A stretch of DNA of 64,000 nucleotides from Myxococcota bacterium (GCA_965228475.1 OZ245817.1:2432001-2496000), one strand, 5' to 3'; counted from the stretch's first letter, positions 41,934 to 54,334 are shown. The notes: generated from the letters alone by a model not told the origin. Numbers and translations are program-made.

Positions 41934-43316
41934 TTAGCCCGCGGCGGACGGTTCGAGCGGCTCGCCGGCTCCGGCGGAGCTCGTCGCAGCCTCCATTGGG
42001 CTCCGGTTCAGGGCCTCCGCCAGCGTCATCTCGCCGCCGGCCTTGGCCGCCCCTTCCTCGATGCGGCCCAGGATGCGCGCCACCGAGGGATGGATCCGCG
42101 CACCGTCCTCGCCATCGAGTTCGCCGCGCAGGGCCCCGAGCACGTCGAGCACGGTGACTCCGTCCGCGGCGCGCCCGAGCTGGTAGCCGCCCTCTTTGTC
42201 CGTTCCGTGCGGGGCGGCGATGCCCGCGGTAATGAGCTCGCTGCACAGGTCCCGGACTGTCCGCACCGGCACGTCGAGTTCGCGTGCCAGCTCGTCCGCG
42301 GTCCACACCTTGCGTCCATCGCGGAAGGCGCGCGCCAGCTCGAGCGCGATCTCGAGCCCCATGGCCTCCCGCGCGGCGGCACCCGGGGGTGCGCCGAGCA
42401 CTTCGCGCCGGTAGTGCTCGAGGTTCTGATGGGCGAACGCCAGCTCCGCACCGATCAGGATGATCGCCCACGAGAAGTAGATCCAGACGAAGAGCAGCGG
42501 CAGCCAGACCGCGCCGCCGATCAGGGCGTTGTAGCGAGCGGCCCCGACGTTCAGTCCGACGTAGGCCGCCTGGGCCAGGGAGAACAGCACGGCGGCCAGC
42601 ACTCCGCCGAGCGCCGCCGAGGTGATCTTCACGTGGGTGTTGGGCAGGAAGCGGAAGAGGAACGTGAAGGCGGCCGCCATCACCAGGACCGGGACGTAGC
42701 CGAGACCGATCTGGTAGAGCGAGGCCATCGTGTCGTACTCGAGGAGCCGCTGCACGACGGTCTGGCTGCGCAGCGCCGCCCCCGCCGAGATGGCGAAGGC
42801 GAGCAGCAGCGGTGCGGTCACCAGGACGGCCAGGTAGTCGGTGAAGCGGCGGACGTAGTCGCGCTGCTCGCGCACGCCCCAGATCTCGTTCAGCGCCTGC
42901 TCGACGTTCCCGATCGCGAGGATGGTCGTCACGAGCAGCGTGATCGCGCCGACCGTCCCGAGCTGGCCGAGCTTCACGTTGCCGACGACTTCGAGGAGCT
43001 TCGTCTGGGCTTCCGGGCTCCCCGCCGCGACGTAGCGCACCACGATGCCGACGAGATCGTCCGACACGCCGATCGCCCCGACGATCGAGAAGGCGAGCGC
43101 CAACAGGGGAATCAGCGAGAGCAACGTGACGTACGTGAGCGCGGAGGCCCGCAAGAGGAGCTGGTCCCGGAGGAAGCCCTCGGCGAGGAGCACGGCGAGC
43201 TGGAGCGGACGGACGGCCCAGGCCGCCCAGGAACTCGGCTGCGGTTCCCAGGCCCAGAGGTCGCGTTCGACGAAGCGCCGCGCGCGTTCGAGGAGCCCGG
43301 GGCTCGTTGCACTCAT
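41934..43316 (-). CDS. YihY/BrkB family membrane protein with C-terminal Rrf2-like HTH
   Basis: ASALTYVTLLSLIP, VEQALNEIW, FLPNTHV, LFVWIYFSWAIILIGAE; C-terminal LARELDVPVRTV...GGYQLGRAADGVTVLDV. Confidence 0.9.
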   Translation of the reverse strand: MSATSPGLLERARRFVERDLWAWEPQPSSWAAWAVRPLQLAVLLAEGFLRDQLLLRASALTYVTLLSLIPLLALAFSIVGAIGVSDDLVGIVVRYVAAGSPEAQTKLLEVVGNVKLGQLGTVGAITLLVTTILAIGNVEQALNEIWGVREQRDYVRRFTDYLAVLVTAPLLLAFAISAGAALRSQTVVQRLLEYDTMASLYQIGLGYVPVLVMAAAFTFLFRFLPNTHVKITSAALGGVLAAVLFSLAQAAYVGLNVGAARYNALIGGAVWLPLLFVWIYFSWAIILIGAELAFAHQNLEHYRREVLGAPPGAAAREAMGLEIALELARAFRDGRKVWTADELARELDVPVRTVRDLCSELITAGIAAPHGTDKEGGYQLGRAADGVTVLDVLGALRGELDGEDGARIHPSVARILGRIEEGAAKAGGEMTLAEALNRSPMEAATSSAGAGEPLEPSAAG

Positions 43317-43489
43317 GGCGTCTCCCAGCCCTCCCGGGGCCCCCACGGCCTCCATGCCGGCGGAAGGCCCCCGCGGAGAGGTTGCCCAAAACGGCAACCC
43401 GCCGCCCCCCACGAGGGAGAGCGGCGGGCACCTGTCTTTTCGGCGAAGCGCAGGCCCAACGAGAGGCCCGGGCTCCTGGAGCGAGGCCC

Positions 43490-44398
43490 CTATTCGAGGA
43501 CCTTCATCTCCACGCGGCGGTTGCGGTCCCGGCCATCGCGCGTGTCGTTCGGCGCGACCGGCTGGGATTCACCGAAGCCCGCGGTCGACAGCCGCGCGTC
43601 CTCGATGCCCTGCTCCACCATGTACTTCTTCACCGCTTCGGCACGGCTCTCGGAGAGGCTCTGGTTGTACTCCTCCGGGCCGGTCCAGTCCGTGTGGCCT
43701 TCGATCACGACCTGCCGGTCGGGGTTGCGGGCCAGGATCGCGGCAGCCTCGTCCAGGATGACCGCGGCGTCCGAGCGGATCTCTGCGCGGTCGAAGTCGA
43801 AGTTCACGCCACGCAGGACGATCTTCTCCTTCACCGGGTCCGGCGGCGGAGGCGGTGCGATCGGCGGAACCGGCTCGGGCTCCGGCTCCGGAGCCGGCGG
43901 CGGCTCGGGCGGTGCGGGCACCGGCGCGATCTGCGGCGGAAGCTTGCGCATGGGCGGAGCGACCGGAGCCGGCGGAGACGGCATCGGCGGAACGTCGGAG
44001 GCCTCGGGCGCCTTGGGCGCGGCCGGCTCGGGCGCGAGCGGCGGCGGCGGCGGCGGGAGATCCGGGATGCCCCCGACGGGCTCGGGCAGGCGCGGCTGGT
44101 AGGCCGGCGTGCTCGGCGTCGAGGCCGCGGCGCCGGGCGACGGCGGCGGCAGCTCGTCCGGGTCTTCCGCGGCGAAAGCGTTGCAGATGTAGTAGGCGGC
44201 GGTTCCGACGAGGACGCCACCGACGACGGCGCCCGCGGCGCCACCCTCGAAGCCAGCAGCCTCGTTTCCGCCGGCGTAACCGCCGGCACCACCCAGCAAT
44301 CCACCGATGACGCCACAGGTGCGTCCGGCCGGCGCACTCGCACAGGACGAGACGAACAGCGCCAGACAGGCCATGGCCAAAACTCGAGTCAGTCGCAC
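43490..44398 (-). CDS. OmpA-family lipoprotein with glycine zipper and Pro-rich linker
   Basis: AGGAGG RBS; lipobox-like VSSC; VNFDFD, IEGHTD, YNQSLSESRA, GFGESQPVA, NRRVE. Confidence 0.92.
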   Translation of the reverse strand: MRLTRVLAMACLALFVSSCASAPAGRTCGVIGGLLGGAGGYAGGNEAAGFEGGAAGAVVGGVLVGTAAYYICNAFAAEDPDELPPPSPGAAASTPSTPAYQPRLPEPVGGIPDLPPPPPPLAPEPAAPKAPEASDVPPMPSPPAPVAPPMRKLPPQIAPVPAPPEPPPAPEPEPEPVPPIAPPPPPDPVKEKIVLRGVNFDFDRAEIRSDAAVILDEAAAILARNPDRQVVIEGHTDWTGPEEYNQSLSESRAEAVKKYMVEQGIEDARLSTAGFGESQPVAPNDTRDGRDRNRRVEMKVLE

Positions 44399-45063
44399 GA
44401 GGGGAGTCCTCCTTGGAGAGCCCGGGCTTTGCAACCCGGACACAGCGATCCGCAATGCGGATCCAGCGGTGATCTCGACAGCGATTCTCTCACCGTGAGA
44501 CCCTTCTCGTCACCCACGAGACGGCCTCTGCCGAGGGCTGGATCGGCCCGATGGTTGTAGCTGTTTTCGCATGGATTTGAAAGCAATTGGGGGCGTTTTT
44601 GCGATTCTGCACACGCCCTGCGAGCGTCGCTGCACGCACCCTGCGCAACCGTGACCCACCCGCCCAATCGAGCCACCGTGACGGGGCCGATCCCGGCCAC
44701 GCGCTCGAGGTCGTCCACCGCGCACAGCGGCTGGCGCACTCGCTCGGCCACCACCGCGCGTGCGCGGGCCGGCCCGATCCCGGGCAGGGCCTCCAGTGCC
44801 CAGGCGGGCGCGCTCGCCACGTCGAGAAGCCGGCCGAAGAGCAGCGGCGCGGCCCCCCGGAGGGGTATGGCTGACCGTTCTGGGTTGCAGTCCACCCACG
44901 ACGACCCGCGGTCGCGGGCGACCTCGGTCGGTCGCAAACAGGGTTCCGGACCGGGCGCCCGCGACCCGGCGCTCGCCAGGTGCAGGAGCACGAGGAGCAC
45001 GAGCGCGGCCGGCACGGCGGGCGCTTTGCCGCGAGCGACGCGAACCGGGGGAGACGCGAGCAT
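44389..45063 (-). CDS. ComEA-like helix-hairpin-helix protein; the 3' extension is doubtful
   Basis: TM helix then LDV..A....LEALPGIGPARARAVV...DDLERVAGIGPVTVARL; similarity ends near 44650. Confidence 0.7.
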   Translation of the reverse strand: MLASPPVRVARGKAPAVPAALVLLVLLHLASAGSRAPGPEPCLRPTEVARDRGSSWVDCNPERSAIPLRGAAPLLFGRLLDVASAPAWALEALPGIGPARARAVVAERVRQPLCAVDDLERVAGIGPVTVARLGGWVTVAQGACSDARRACAESQKRPQLLSNPCENSYNHRADPALGRGRLVGDEKGLTVRESLSRSPLDPHCGSLCPGCKARALQGGLPSCD

Positions 45064-45102
45064 CGAGAGGCTCCCGGGACCGGGAGATCCGGGCGGGCGG
45101 GG

Positions 45103-46344
45103 TCAGGCTTCGGGCGAGGGCTCCGGGGCCCCGGCCTCGACGAGCGCCTCGTGCAGCGCGCGGACGGCGAGCTCCGAGTACTTCTCCTCGATCACGACCG
45201 AGACCTTGATCTCCGAGGTCGAGATCATCTGGATGTTGATGCCCTCGGCGCCGAGGATCGCGAACATGCGCTGGGCCACGCCCGCGTGGTCCTTCATGCC
45301 GAGCCCGACGATCGAGACCTTGGCGATGTTCTCGTCGCCCTCGACCGTGGGGGCGCCGAGCTCCGGCGCGAGCTCGCGCATCTTGGCCATGGCATCGGCG
45401 TAGAGCCCGCGCGGCACGGTGAACGTGACGTCCGTGCTGCCGTCGTCCGAGAGGTTCTGGACGATCATGTCGACGACGATGCCCGCGCTCGCGAGCGGCT
45501 CGAAGAGGCGGCCCACCACACCCGGCGTGTCCGCGACGCCCTTCACACGGATCTTCGCTTCGTCGTTGTTGTACGTGACGCCGGAGACGACCAGGCGTTC
45601 CATCACATCCTCCTCGGGGGTGACCCAGGTTCCTTCGCCGTCGTGGAAGGACGAGCGCACGTGGAGCGGCACCCGGAAATCCATGGCGAACTTCACCGAG
45701 CGGATCTGCAGCACCTTCGCGCCGAGGCTCGCGAGTTCGAGCATCTCGTCGTAGGAGACGCGGTCGAGCTTCCGGGCGCCCGGGACGATGCGCGGGTCCG
45801 TCGTGAGCACGCCGTCGACGTCGGTCAGGATCTCGCAGGCGTCGGCCTCGATCGCCGCGGCCACCGCCACGGCGGAGGTGTCCGAGCCGCCCCGGCCGAG
45901 GGTCGTGATGTTGCCCTCCTCGTCGACGCCCTGGAAGCCGGCGATCACCGCGACGGCGCCCGTATCGAGCGTGGCGAGGATGCGCTTGGCATCGATCGAG
46001 CGGATGCGTGCGCGGCTGTGGGACTGGTCGGTCTTCATCCCCATCTGGCCGCCGGTGAAGGAGCGCGCCGCGTGGCCCCGCTGCTGGATGGCCATGGCGA
46101 GCAGCGCGATGGTCTTCTGCTCGCCCGTCGAGACGAGGACGTCGTACTCGCGCGGGTCCGGGTGGTCGCCCGCGATGCCTTCGGCGAGGGCCACGAGGGC
46201 GTTCGTCTCTCCGGACATGGCCGAGACCACCACCGCGACGCGGTTCCCCGCCTCGACGGTGCGGACCACGCGGTCCGCCACGTTCTGGATGCGCTCGAGG
46301 TCCGCGACGCTCGTGCCACCGTATTTCTGGACGATCAGTGCCAT
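45103..46344 (-). CDS. lysC: Aspartate kinase
   Basis: [41 protein letters not shown], two ACT domains, STSEIKVS. Confidence 0.96.
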   Translation of the reverse strand: MALIVQKYGGTSVADLERIQNVADRVVRTVEAGNRVAVVVSAMSGETNALVALAEGIAGDHPDPREYDVLVSTGEQKTIALLAMAIQQRGHAARSFTGGQMGMKTDQSHSRARIRSIDAKRILATLDTGAVAVIAGFQGVDEEGNITTLGRGGSDTSAVAVAAAIEADACEILTDVDGVLTTDPRIVPGARKLDRVSYDEMLELASLGAKVLQIRSVKFAMDFRVPLHVRSSFHDGEGTWVTPEEDVMERLVVSGVTYNNDEAKIRVKGVADTPGVVGRLFEPLASAGIVVDMIVQNLSDDGSTDVTFTVPRGLYADAMAKMRELAPELGAPTVEGDENIAKVSIVGLGMKDHAGVAQRMFAILGAEGINIQMISTSEIKVSVVIEEKYSELAVRALHEALVEAGAPEPSPEA

Positions 46345-46352
46345 GGTCTCTT

Positions 46353-46823
46353 CTAGGAGGTCTCTTCCGCTCCGACCGCTCGCAGGACGCGCTCGCTCGC
46401 GGCGCCCGAGGCGCGGGCCGCGATCGCCCGCTCCTGGTCGCCGGTACGCTCGATGCGGACCTCCAGCCGATCCTGGGGTAGCGCGTCGGGGAAGCGATCG
46501 CCCCACTCCGCCACGACCAGCGCCCCGGGCTCGAGCCAGTCGAGGAACCCCGCCGCCAGGAGTTCGGGCTCGGATTCGATCCGGTAGAGGTCGCCGTGGA
46601 CGAGGACGCCCTGCCCTTCGTAACGGTTCGCCAGGACGAAGGTCGGGCTCGAGACCTCCTCCGGCGGGATGCCGAGCGCCTCGGCCGCGCCCTTCACGAA
46701 GACGGTCTTGCCGGCCCCGAGCGGCCCGGTGAGCGAAATGAACAGGCCCGCCTCGGGAATCGACGCCGCGATCCGCCGGCCGAGGCCGGCCGTATCGCTA
46801 GGGCCGAGGGAACGCCACTGCAA
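46353..46823 (-). CDS. tsaE: t6A biosynthesis ATPase
   Basis: [26 protein letters not shown]. Confidence 0.93.
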   Translation of the reverse strand: MQWRSLGPSDTAGLGRRIAASIPEAGLFISLTGPLGAGKTVFVKGAAEALGIPPEEVSSPTFVLANRYEGQGVLVHGDLYRIESEPELLAAGFLDWLEPGALVVAEWGDRFPDALPQDRLEVRIERTGDQERAIAARASGAASERVLRAVGAEETS

Positions 46824-48405
46824 GGGCGGCCTCCGCCTCGGGCTCTTCGAAGGATTCCCGGGCCGCCTCGCGCAGCGCCTCGAAGCTCGCCGGGAGCTCT
46901 TCGAGCAGGTCGCCCGCGAGATGGCCGGACTCTCCGCTTCGCGCCGCGAGCCGGTCGCCCGCCTCGCCGTGGACGAAGGCCGCCAGCGCCGCCGCCTCGA
47001 AGGCCTCGCAGCCCTGGGCGAGCAGCCCGGCGCAAAGCCCCGTCAGCACGTCGCCCGTCCCGCCGGTTCCGAGGGCCGGGCCTCCCGTCGGGTTGATGGC
47101 GACGCGCCCGTCCGGGCCGGCGACCACGCTCGCCGCGCCCTTGAGCAGGGTGACGGCGCCCGAGAGCTCGGCCAGGCGCAGGGCCGCGCCGACGCGATCC
47201 GCATTGACCGCCGCGGCGTCGGTCTCGAGCCAGCGCGCGGCCTCGCCCGGATGCGGCGTCAGGATCGTCGCGGCCCGGCGGCCCCGCAGCGCGCCCATCG
47301 CCTCCGCATCGGCGGCCAGCACGTTCAAGCCGTCGGCGTCGAGGACGAGCGGCACGCCGACCCCTTCCACGACGCTCCGCACACACTTGCGCGTCTCCTC
47401 CGAAGCCCCGATCCCCGGCCCGAGCGCCACCGCGTCGCGCTCGTTCGCGAGCGCGATCAGCCGGGCCGCCGCCCCCGCCGAGAAGGCCCGATCGGCCGTG
47501 TCGGACACGGGGACGGTCATCGCTTCGGTGCACTTCAGTTCGAGGATGTCGTTCAGACCCGCCGGACAGGCGAGGGTCACGAGCCCGGCTCCGCCGCGGC
47601 CGGCCGCCGCGGCGCACAGCGCGGCCGCCCCCGTCTTTCCCTCGGAACCGGCGACGGCGAGCACGTGCCCGAAGCTCCCCTTGTGGCCCGCGGTGGGCCG
47701 CTCCGGAAGGCGCAGGCCCGCCGCGGCCGGAGACCAGAGCTCGGCTTCGGCCGGACGATCCTCGTCGGGGTCGGCGATCCCGATGCGAGCGACGGTCACC
47801 GCGCCGGCGAGGCTGCGCCCCGGCTCGAGGGCGAGCCCGAGCTTCGGCAGGCCGATCGTGACGGTGAGGTCCGCGTCGACCGCCACGCCGTGGATGCCGC
47901 CGGTGTCCGCATCGACGCCCGAAGGCAGGTCGACCGCGACGACGATCGCTTCGTCGTCGGCCGCATCGAGAGCCCGGATCGCCTCGGCCGGGGCGCCCGT
48001 GATCTCGCGGGAAAGCCCCGTCCCGAAGAGCGCATCGACGATCACGTCGGCCTCGGGGAGTGCGCCGTCGAAGGTCTCGATCGGGACGCCGAACGCGCGG
48101 GCGCGCGCGGCGTTCGCCGCGACGTCACCGGCCAGGCTCTCCGGGTCGCCGACCAGCACGACGCCGACCTCGATGCCCAGCGCCGCGAGCTGGCGCGCGA
48201 CGACGAAGCCATCGCCGCCGTTGTTCCCGGCGCCGCACACGCACAGCACGCTCCCCTCGCGCGGGCGCACCGCCAGCACGGCTTCGCAGACCGCGCGGCC
48301 CGCGCTCTCCATGAGCACCTCGCCGGGAACGCCGAGGTCCCCGATCGTGTGCTGATCGAGGGCGCGCATGGTCCGCGCGCCGACGAGCGGGAAGATCGTG
48401 CTCAC
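46798..48405 (-). CDS. nnr: Bifunctional NAD(P)HX epimerase/dehydratase
   Basis: LMESAG, GAGNNGGDG, DALFGTG, AVDLPSG, HKGSFG, LDADGL, LTPHPGE, GTGDVLTG. Confidence 0.95.
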   Translation of the reverse strand: MSTIFPLVGARTMRALDQHTIGDLGVPGEVLMESAGRAVCEAVLAVRPREGSVLCVCGAGNNGGDGFVVARQLAALGIEVGVVLVGDPESLAGDVAANAARARAFGVPIETFDGALPEADVIVDALFGTGLSREITGAPAEAIRALDAADDEAIVVAVDLPSGVDADTGGIHGVAVDADLTVTIGLPKLGLALEPGRSLAGAVTVARIGIADPDEDRPAEAELWSPAAAGLRLPERPTAGHKGSFGHVLAVAGSEGKTGAAALCAAAAGRGGAGLVTLACPAGLNDILELKCTEAMTVPVSDTADRAFSAGAAARLIALANERDAVALGPGIGASEETRKCVRSVVEGVGVPLVLDADGLNVLAADAEAMGALRGRRAATILTPHPGEAARWLETDAAAVNADRVGAALRLAELSGAVTLLKGAASVVAGPDGRVAINPTGGPALGTGGTGDVLTGLCAGLLAQGCEAFEAAALAAFVHGEAGDRLAARSGESGHLAGDLLEELPASFEALREAARESFEEPEAEAALAVAFPRP

Positions 48406-49763
48406 GCCGCCAGCGACTTCTGGAGGCGTTCGGCGAGATCCGCGGCGACCTCCGCCACGCGCGCCTCGTCCTCGCCCTCCACCATCACGCGGGCCTTCGA
48501 CTCGGTCCCGCTGTAGCGGACGAGCACGCGCCCGCGGTCGCCCATCTCGGCTTCCACGGCGGCGAGGGCCTTCTGGAAGTCCGGCAGCTCCTCGAGCGGC
48601 CGCTTCTCGGCGACGCGCACGTTCACGAGGACCTGGGGGTAGCGGGTCATCTCCGCCGCGAGCTCCGAGAGCTTGCGTCCGGTGCGCAGCATGATCGCCA
48701 TCACCTGGAGGGCCGTGATCATGCCGTCGCCAGTGCGGTTGTGGTCGAGGAAGACGACGTGGCCGGACTGCTCGCCGCCGAGGTTGCAGCCGTTCTCGCG
48801 CATCGACTCGACGACGTAGCGGTCGCCGACGGGGGTCCGCAGCAGGCCGACCCCGATGCCGTCGAGGTAGCGCTCGAGGCCGAGGTTGCTCATCACCGTC
48901 GCCACGAGGTTGCCGCCGGAGAGCGCGCCCCGCTCCTTCAGGTCCGCGCCGCACATCGCGAGCACGGCGTCGCCGTCCACCGCCTCGCCGTGTTCGTCGA
49001 TCAGGATGCAGCGGTCCGCGTCGCCGTCCAGACACACGCCGAGATCGGCGCCGGATTCGCGCACCGCCCTCCCCGCGTTCTCGGGGTGCATCGCCCCGCA
49101 GCCTTCGTTGATGTTGCGCCCGTTCGGCTCGCTGGCCAGCACGACGAGGTCCGCGCCGAGCTCCGAAAGCACCGCCGGCCCGACCTTGTAGGCGGCGCCG
49201 TTCGCGCAATCGAGCACGATCTTCATCCCGTCGAGGGTCCGGTCGGCGGGAAACGTATGCTTGAGGAAGACGACGTAACGCCCCTCGGAGTCTTCGATTC
49301 TGGTGACCTGGCCGATCTCGTCGGCCCCGGCGCGGACGGCGTCGAAGTCCGGCGATTCGATCAGGCGCTCGATCTTCGCCTCGATCTCGTCGGGCAGCTT
49401 GAAGCCGGTGCTCGAGAAGAACTTGATCCCGTTGTCCTGGTACGGGTTGTGGCTCGCCGAAATCATCACGCCGGCGTCGCAGCGCATGTCCGCCGTGAGG
49501 AACGCCATGGCGGGAGTCGGCATCGGGCCGACCACCAGCACGTCGACGCCCATGGAGCAGATGCCCGCGGTGAGCGCGTCTTCGAAGACGTAACCCGAGA
49601 GCCGCGTGTCCTTCCCGATGATGATCTGATGGCGGCCGCCGTCCCCGCGGAAGATGTGGGCCGCCGCTCGGCCCAACGAAAGGGCGATCTCCGCGGTCAT
49701 CGGATAGACGTTCGCCGTCCCCCGCACGCCGTCGGTTCCAAAAATCCTCGATCGCTGCGCCAT
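48402..49763 (-). CDS. glmM: Phosphoglucosamine mutase
   Basis: FGTDGVRG, GKDTRLSG, MISASHNPYQDNGIK, DGDADR, GGEQSGH, RYSGTE. Confidence 0.96.
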   Translation of the reverse strand: MAQRSRIFGTDGVRGTANVYPMTAEIALSLGRAAAHIFRGDGGRHQIIIGKDTRLSGYVFEDALTAGICSMGVDVLVVGPMPTPAMAFLTADMRCDAGVMISASHNPYQDNGIKFFSSTGFKLPDEIEAKIERLIESPDFDAVRAGADEIGQVTRIEDSEGRYVVFLKHTFPADRTLDGMKIVLDCANGAAYKVGPAVLSELGADLVVLASEPNGRNINEGCGAMHPENAGRAVRESGADLGVCLDGDADRCILIDEHGEAVDGDAVLAMCGADLKERGALSGGNLVATVMSNLGLERYLDGIGVGLLRTPVGDRYVVESMRENGCNLGGEQSGHVVFLDHNRTGDGMITALQVMAIMLRTGRKLSELAAEMTRYPQVLVNVRVAEKRPLEELPDFQKALAAVEAEMGDRGRVLVRYSGTESKARVMVEGEDEARVAEVAADLAERLQKSLAA

Positions 49764-49823
49764 CGAATCTCGACTCCCACTCCGCGCGCCCGGGCGGCGC
49801 GGCTCGTACTCTGACCGGACCGA

Positions 49824-50483
49824 CTAGCGATTCTTCGCCGCGGTCGCCCGCTGAACCCGGATCGTCGCCTTCAGCACGCGGTCCTCGGCCAGCCACACGT
49901 TCGGGCGGTTGAGCGAGATCCGGACCTCCCGCTCCTCGGTCTCGTCGAGGCCCGTCACGTCGATGTTCTCCGTCACGATCTCGCCGCGGCGCCGCACCTC
50001 GCTCCGAGCGCCCGTGATCCGGACCTCGGAGGGCTGCAGATCCACGCCGACCACGGCGAACCCCTCCGCCGGAGTCCCGCTGATGTCCGGCTTCACGCGG
50101 ACCACGCGGCTGCTCCTCCGCTCGAAGTTCACGATCAGGTTCGAAGGCGAGCGGGAGACCGGATTCACGCCGCGCGGGAACTCGATCTGCCCGAGGTCGA
50201 CCTCGAAGTTCGCCCGGCCCGAGCGCGCGCCCGAGGCATCGACCGGGTACTCGAAACCTTCGACGGCCATGCGGCGCAGGCCGGCCCGGCTGCCGCGCAT
50301 GCGCACGTTCACCACGTCCGAGTTCTGGTCGACGATCACGAGATCGTCCGGGAGGTTCGTGAAGAGGACGGGAATGTCGTAGCCGCGCTCGATGTCCGCC
50401 GTGCCGTGCGCCACGCTCCAGAGCACGAGGGAGCTCAGGATGGCGAGGATCTTGTACCGCAGGTTCCGCGTCAGGAAGCCCAT
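49824..50483 (-). CDS. cdaR: YbbR-domain regulator of diadenylate cyclase
   Basis: N-terminal anchor KILAILSSLVLW, YbbR-like repeats (P.EVRITG); lies between cdaA and glmM. Confidence 0.85.
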   Translation of the reverse strand: MGFLTRNLRYKILAILSSLVLWSVAHGTADIERGYDIPVLFTNLPDDLVIVDQNSDVVNVRMRGSRAGLRRMAVEGFEYPVDASGARSGRANFEVDLGQIEFPRGVNPVSRSPSNLIVNFERRSSRVVRVKPDISGTPAEGFAVVGVDLQPSEVRITGARSEVRRRGEIVTENIDVTGLDETEEREVRISLNRPNVWLAEDRVLKATIRVQRATAAKNR

Positions 50484-50485
50484 GC

Positions 50486-51379
50486 CTAGCCTCCGCTCGG
50501 GGTCGGGGCATCGGCGGCACCCGTGTTCGAGTCTTTCTTCTGCGCGGGGGGCGCGGCGTCTTCGGCTTCCTCCTCCGCCTCAGCCGGGATCGGGGCCGCG
50601 GCCATCTGGTCGCGCAGCATGTCGCGAAGCTGCGGCGGGTCGAGCGCCGCGAAGAGCTCCCCCCGGCTCGAGAGCGCGATCTGCCCCGTCTCCTCCGAGA
50701 CGACGACGACCAGCGCATCGCTCTCCTCGGTCAGGCCGACGGCCGCCCGGTGACGCGTCCCCACCCCTTCCGGAAGGCCCGCGCGCTGGGTCAGGGGCAG
50801 CACGCAGCGCGCCTGGCTGATGCGGCCATCCTGGATCACGGCGGCGCCGTCATGGAGCGGCGAGGTCGGTTGGAAGATCGCGGCGAGCATCTCGCGGTTC
50901 ACGACCGCGTCGATGGGGACACCGCCCTCGACCTGGTCGTCGAGCCGGTTGTCCCGCGCGAGCACCATGAGCCCGCCGACCGCGTTCTGCGAGAGCCGCT
51001 GGGCGGCGCGCACCACCTCCTCGAGGATCTCGGACTGGTTCAGCTGGGTCCCGCTCGTGAACAGCGGGCGGCCCATGCGCGTGAGCGCGCGCCGGATGTC
51101 GTGCTGGAAGATCACGACGAGGATCACGACGGCCCAGCCGAAGAAGTTCTCGAGGATCATGGCGACCGTCTCGAGGTTCGCCCAGTCGGCGACCAGCCGG
51201 ACGCCGGTCAGGAGCAGCAAGCCCGTCACCATCTGCACGGCCCGCGTGCCGCGGATCAGCATCAGCACCCAGTAGATCGCCAGGGCCACGGCCGTGACGT
51301 CGACGACGTCGATCAGGGTGACCGTCGTCGTCAGGTACTCCCAGACCGATTCGAGCTGCTCCCAGAGGAAGGTGATCAC
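50486..51379 (-). CDS. cdaA: Diadenylate cyclase
   Basis: Three TM helices, IRGTRA, IFQHDIRRAL, PLHDGA, GTRHRAA, VVVSEETG. Confidence 0.94.
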   Translation of the reverse strand: MITFLWEQLESVWEYLTTTVTLIDVVDVTAVALAIYWVLMLIRGTRAVQMVTGLLLLTGVRLVADWANLETVAMILENFFGWAVVILVVIFQHDIRRALTRMGRPLFTSGTQLNQSEILEEVVRAAQRLSQNAVGGLMVLARDNRLDDQVEGGVPIDAVVNREMLAAIFQPTSPLHDGAAVIQDGRISQARCVLPLTQRAGLPEGVGTRHRAAVGLTEESDALVVVVSEETGQIALSSRGELFAALDPPQLRDMLRDQMAAAPIPAEAEEEAEDAAPPAQKKDSNTGAADAPTPSGG

Positions 51380-52260
51380 GGCTGCGCCCCGGATCGCTCG
51401 CCGCGGAGCGCTGCGGCGACCGCGGCGGTGCGGGCCGCCGCCGCCACGTCGTGGACGCGGACGGCATCCGCGCCCTGGAAGATGGCGATGGCGTCGGCCG
51501 CCTGGGTGGCGGTGCCGCGCTCGCCCGCCTCGTCGCCGGTCAGTCGGCCGAGGAAGGACTTGCGCGAGGTTCCGACGAGCACCGGGACGCCGAGCGCCGA
51601 ACGCAGCCGGTCGAGATTCGCGAGGAGCGCGAGGTTGTGCTCGAGCGTCTTGCCGAACCCGATGCCGGGGTCCGCGACGAGGCGCTCCTCCGGCACCCCG
51701 GCCGCGCGGGCCGTCGCGAGCGACGCCTCGAGCTCCGCCGTCACCTCCGCGACGACGTCCTCGAATTCCGGGTCGGCCTGCATGCTCGCGGGCTCGCCGC
51801 GCAGGTGACCGAGCAGCAGCGTCGCGCCGCGCTCGGCGCACAGGCCGGCCAGCTCGGGCGCGTGGCCGAGGCCGGAGACGTCGTTCACGATCCGGGCGCC
51901 GGCGTCGAGCGCCGCCTCGGCGACCTCGACCTTGCGCGTATCGATCGAGATCGGGACCTCGAGGTGCTTCGCGAGCGCAGCAACCACGCCGGCCGTCCGC
52001 CGCACCTCCTCGGCCACCGGGACGGCCTCCGCGCCCGGGCGGGTCGACTCCCCGCCGACGTCGAGCACGTGTGCGCCGTCCGCCACGAGCTTCCGGCCCG
52101 CGGCGACCGCAGCGTCCACGTCGACACCGCCGTCTCCCCAGACGAAGCGCCCGCCGTCCGAGAAGGAGTCGGGCGTCACGTTCAGGATCCCGACGAGGGT
52201 CACGCGGGTTCGAGGGAAGAACGGTTCGGGGCTGCGCGGGAAGAAGGGCTCGTCCATCAC
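51376..52260 (-). CDS. folP: Dihydropteroate synthase
   Basis: GILNVTPDSFSDGG, DVGGESTRPG, SIDT, NDVSG, DPGIGFGK, GTSRKSF, RVHDV. Confidence 0.96.
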   Translation of the reverse strand: MMDEPFFPRSPEPFFPRTRVTLVGILNVTPDSFSDGGRFVWGDGGVDVDAAVAAGRKLVADGAHVLDVGGESTRPGAEAVPVAEEVRRTAGVVAALAKHLEVPISIDTRKVEVAEAALDAGARIVNDVSGLGHAPELAGLCAERGATLLLGHLRGEPASMQADPEFEDVVAEVTAELEASLATARAAGVPEERLVADPGIGFGKTLEHNLALLANLDRLRSALGVPVLVGTSRKSFLGRLTGDEAGERGTATQAADAIAIFQGADAVRVHDVAAAARTAAVAAALRGERSGAQP

Positions 52261-52293
52261 GCGGGCCTCCCGTTCTCCTTCATGGCTGCGGCT

Positions 52294-54216
<1,923 letters not shown>

Positions 54217-54334
54217 CCGATCCTCCGCGGCGCGGCGGCTGAAAACGCGAGGGAGCGCCCTGGCTTCGAGCTCGGCTCGAGGCCAGAAACGTCCATGTGG
54301 TCACAGGTTAGCACCCGCCCCGCGGGAAGACCCG

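Noticed and set aside
52205..52252. Short duplication EPFFPR-SP-EPFFPR at the FolP N-terminus
   Set aside because: A small diverged local duplication in a variable terminus with no sign of function
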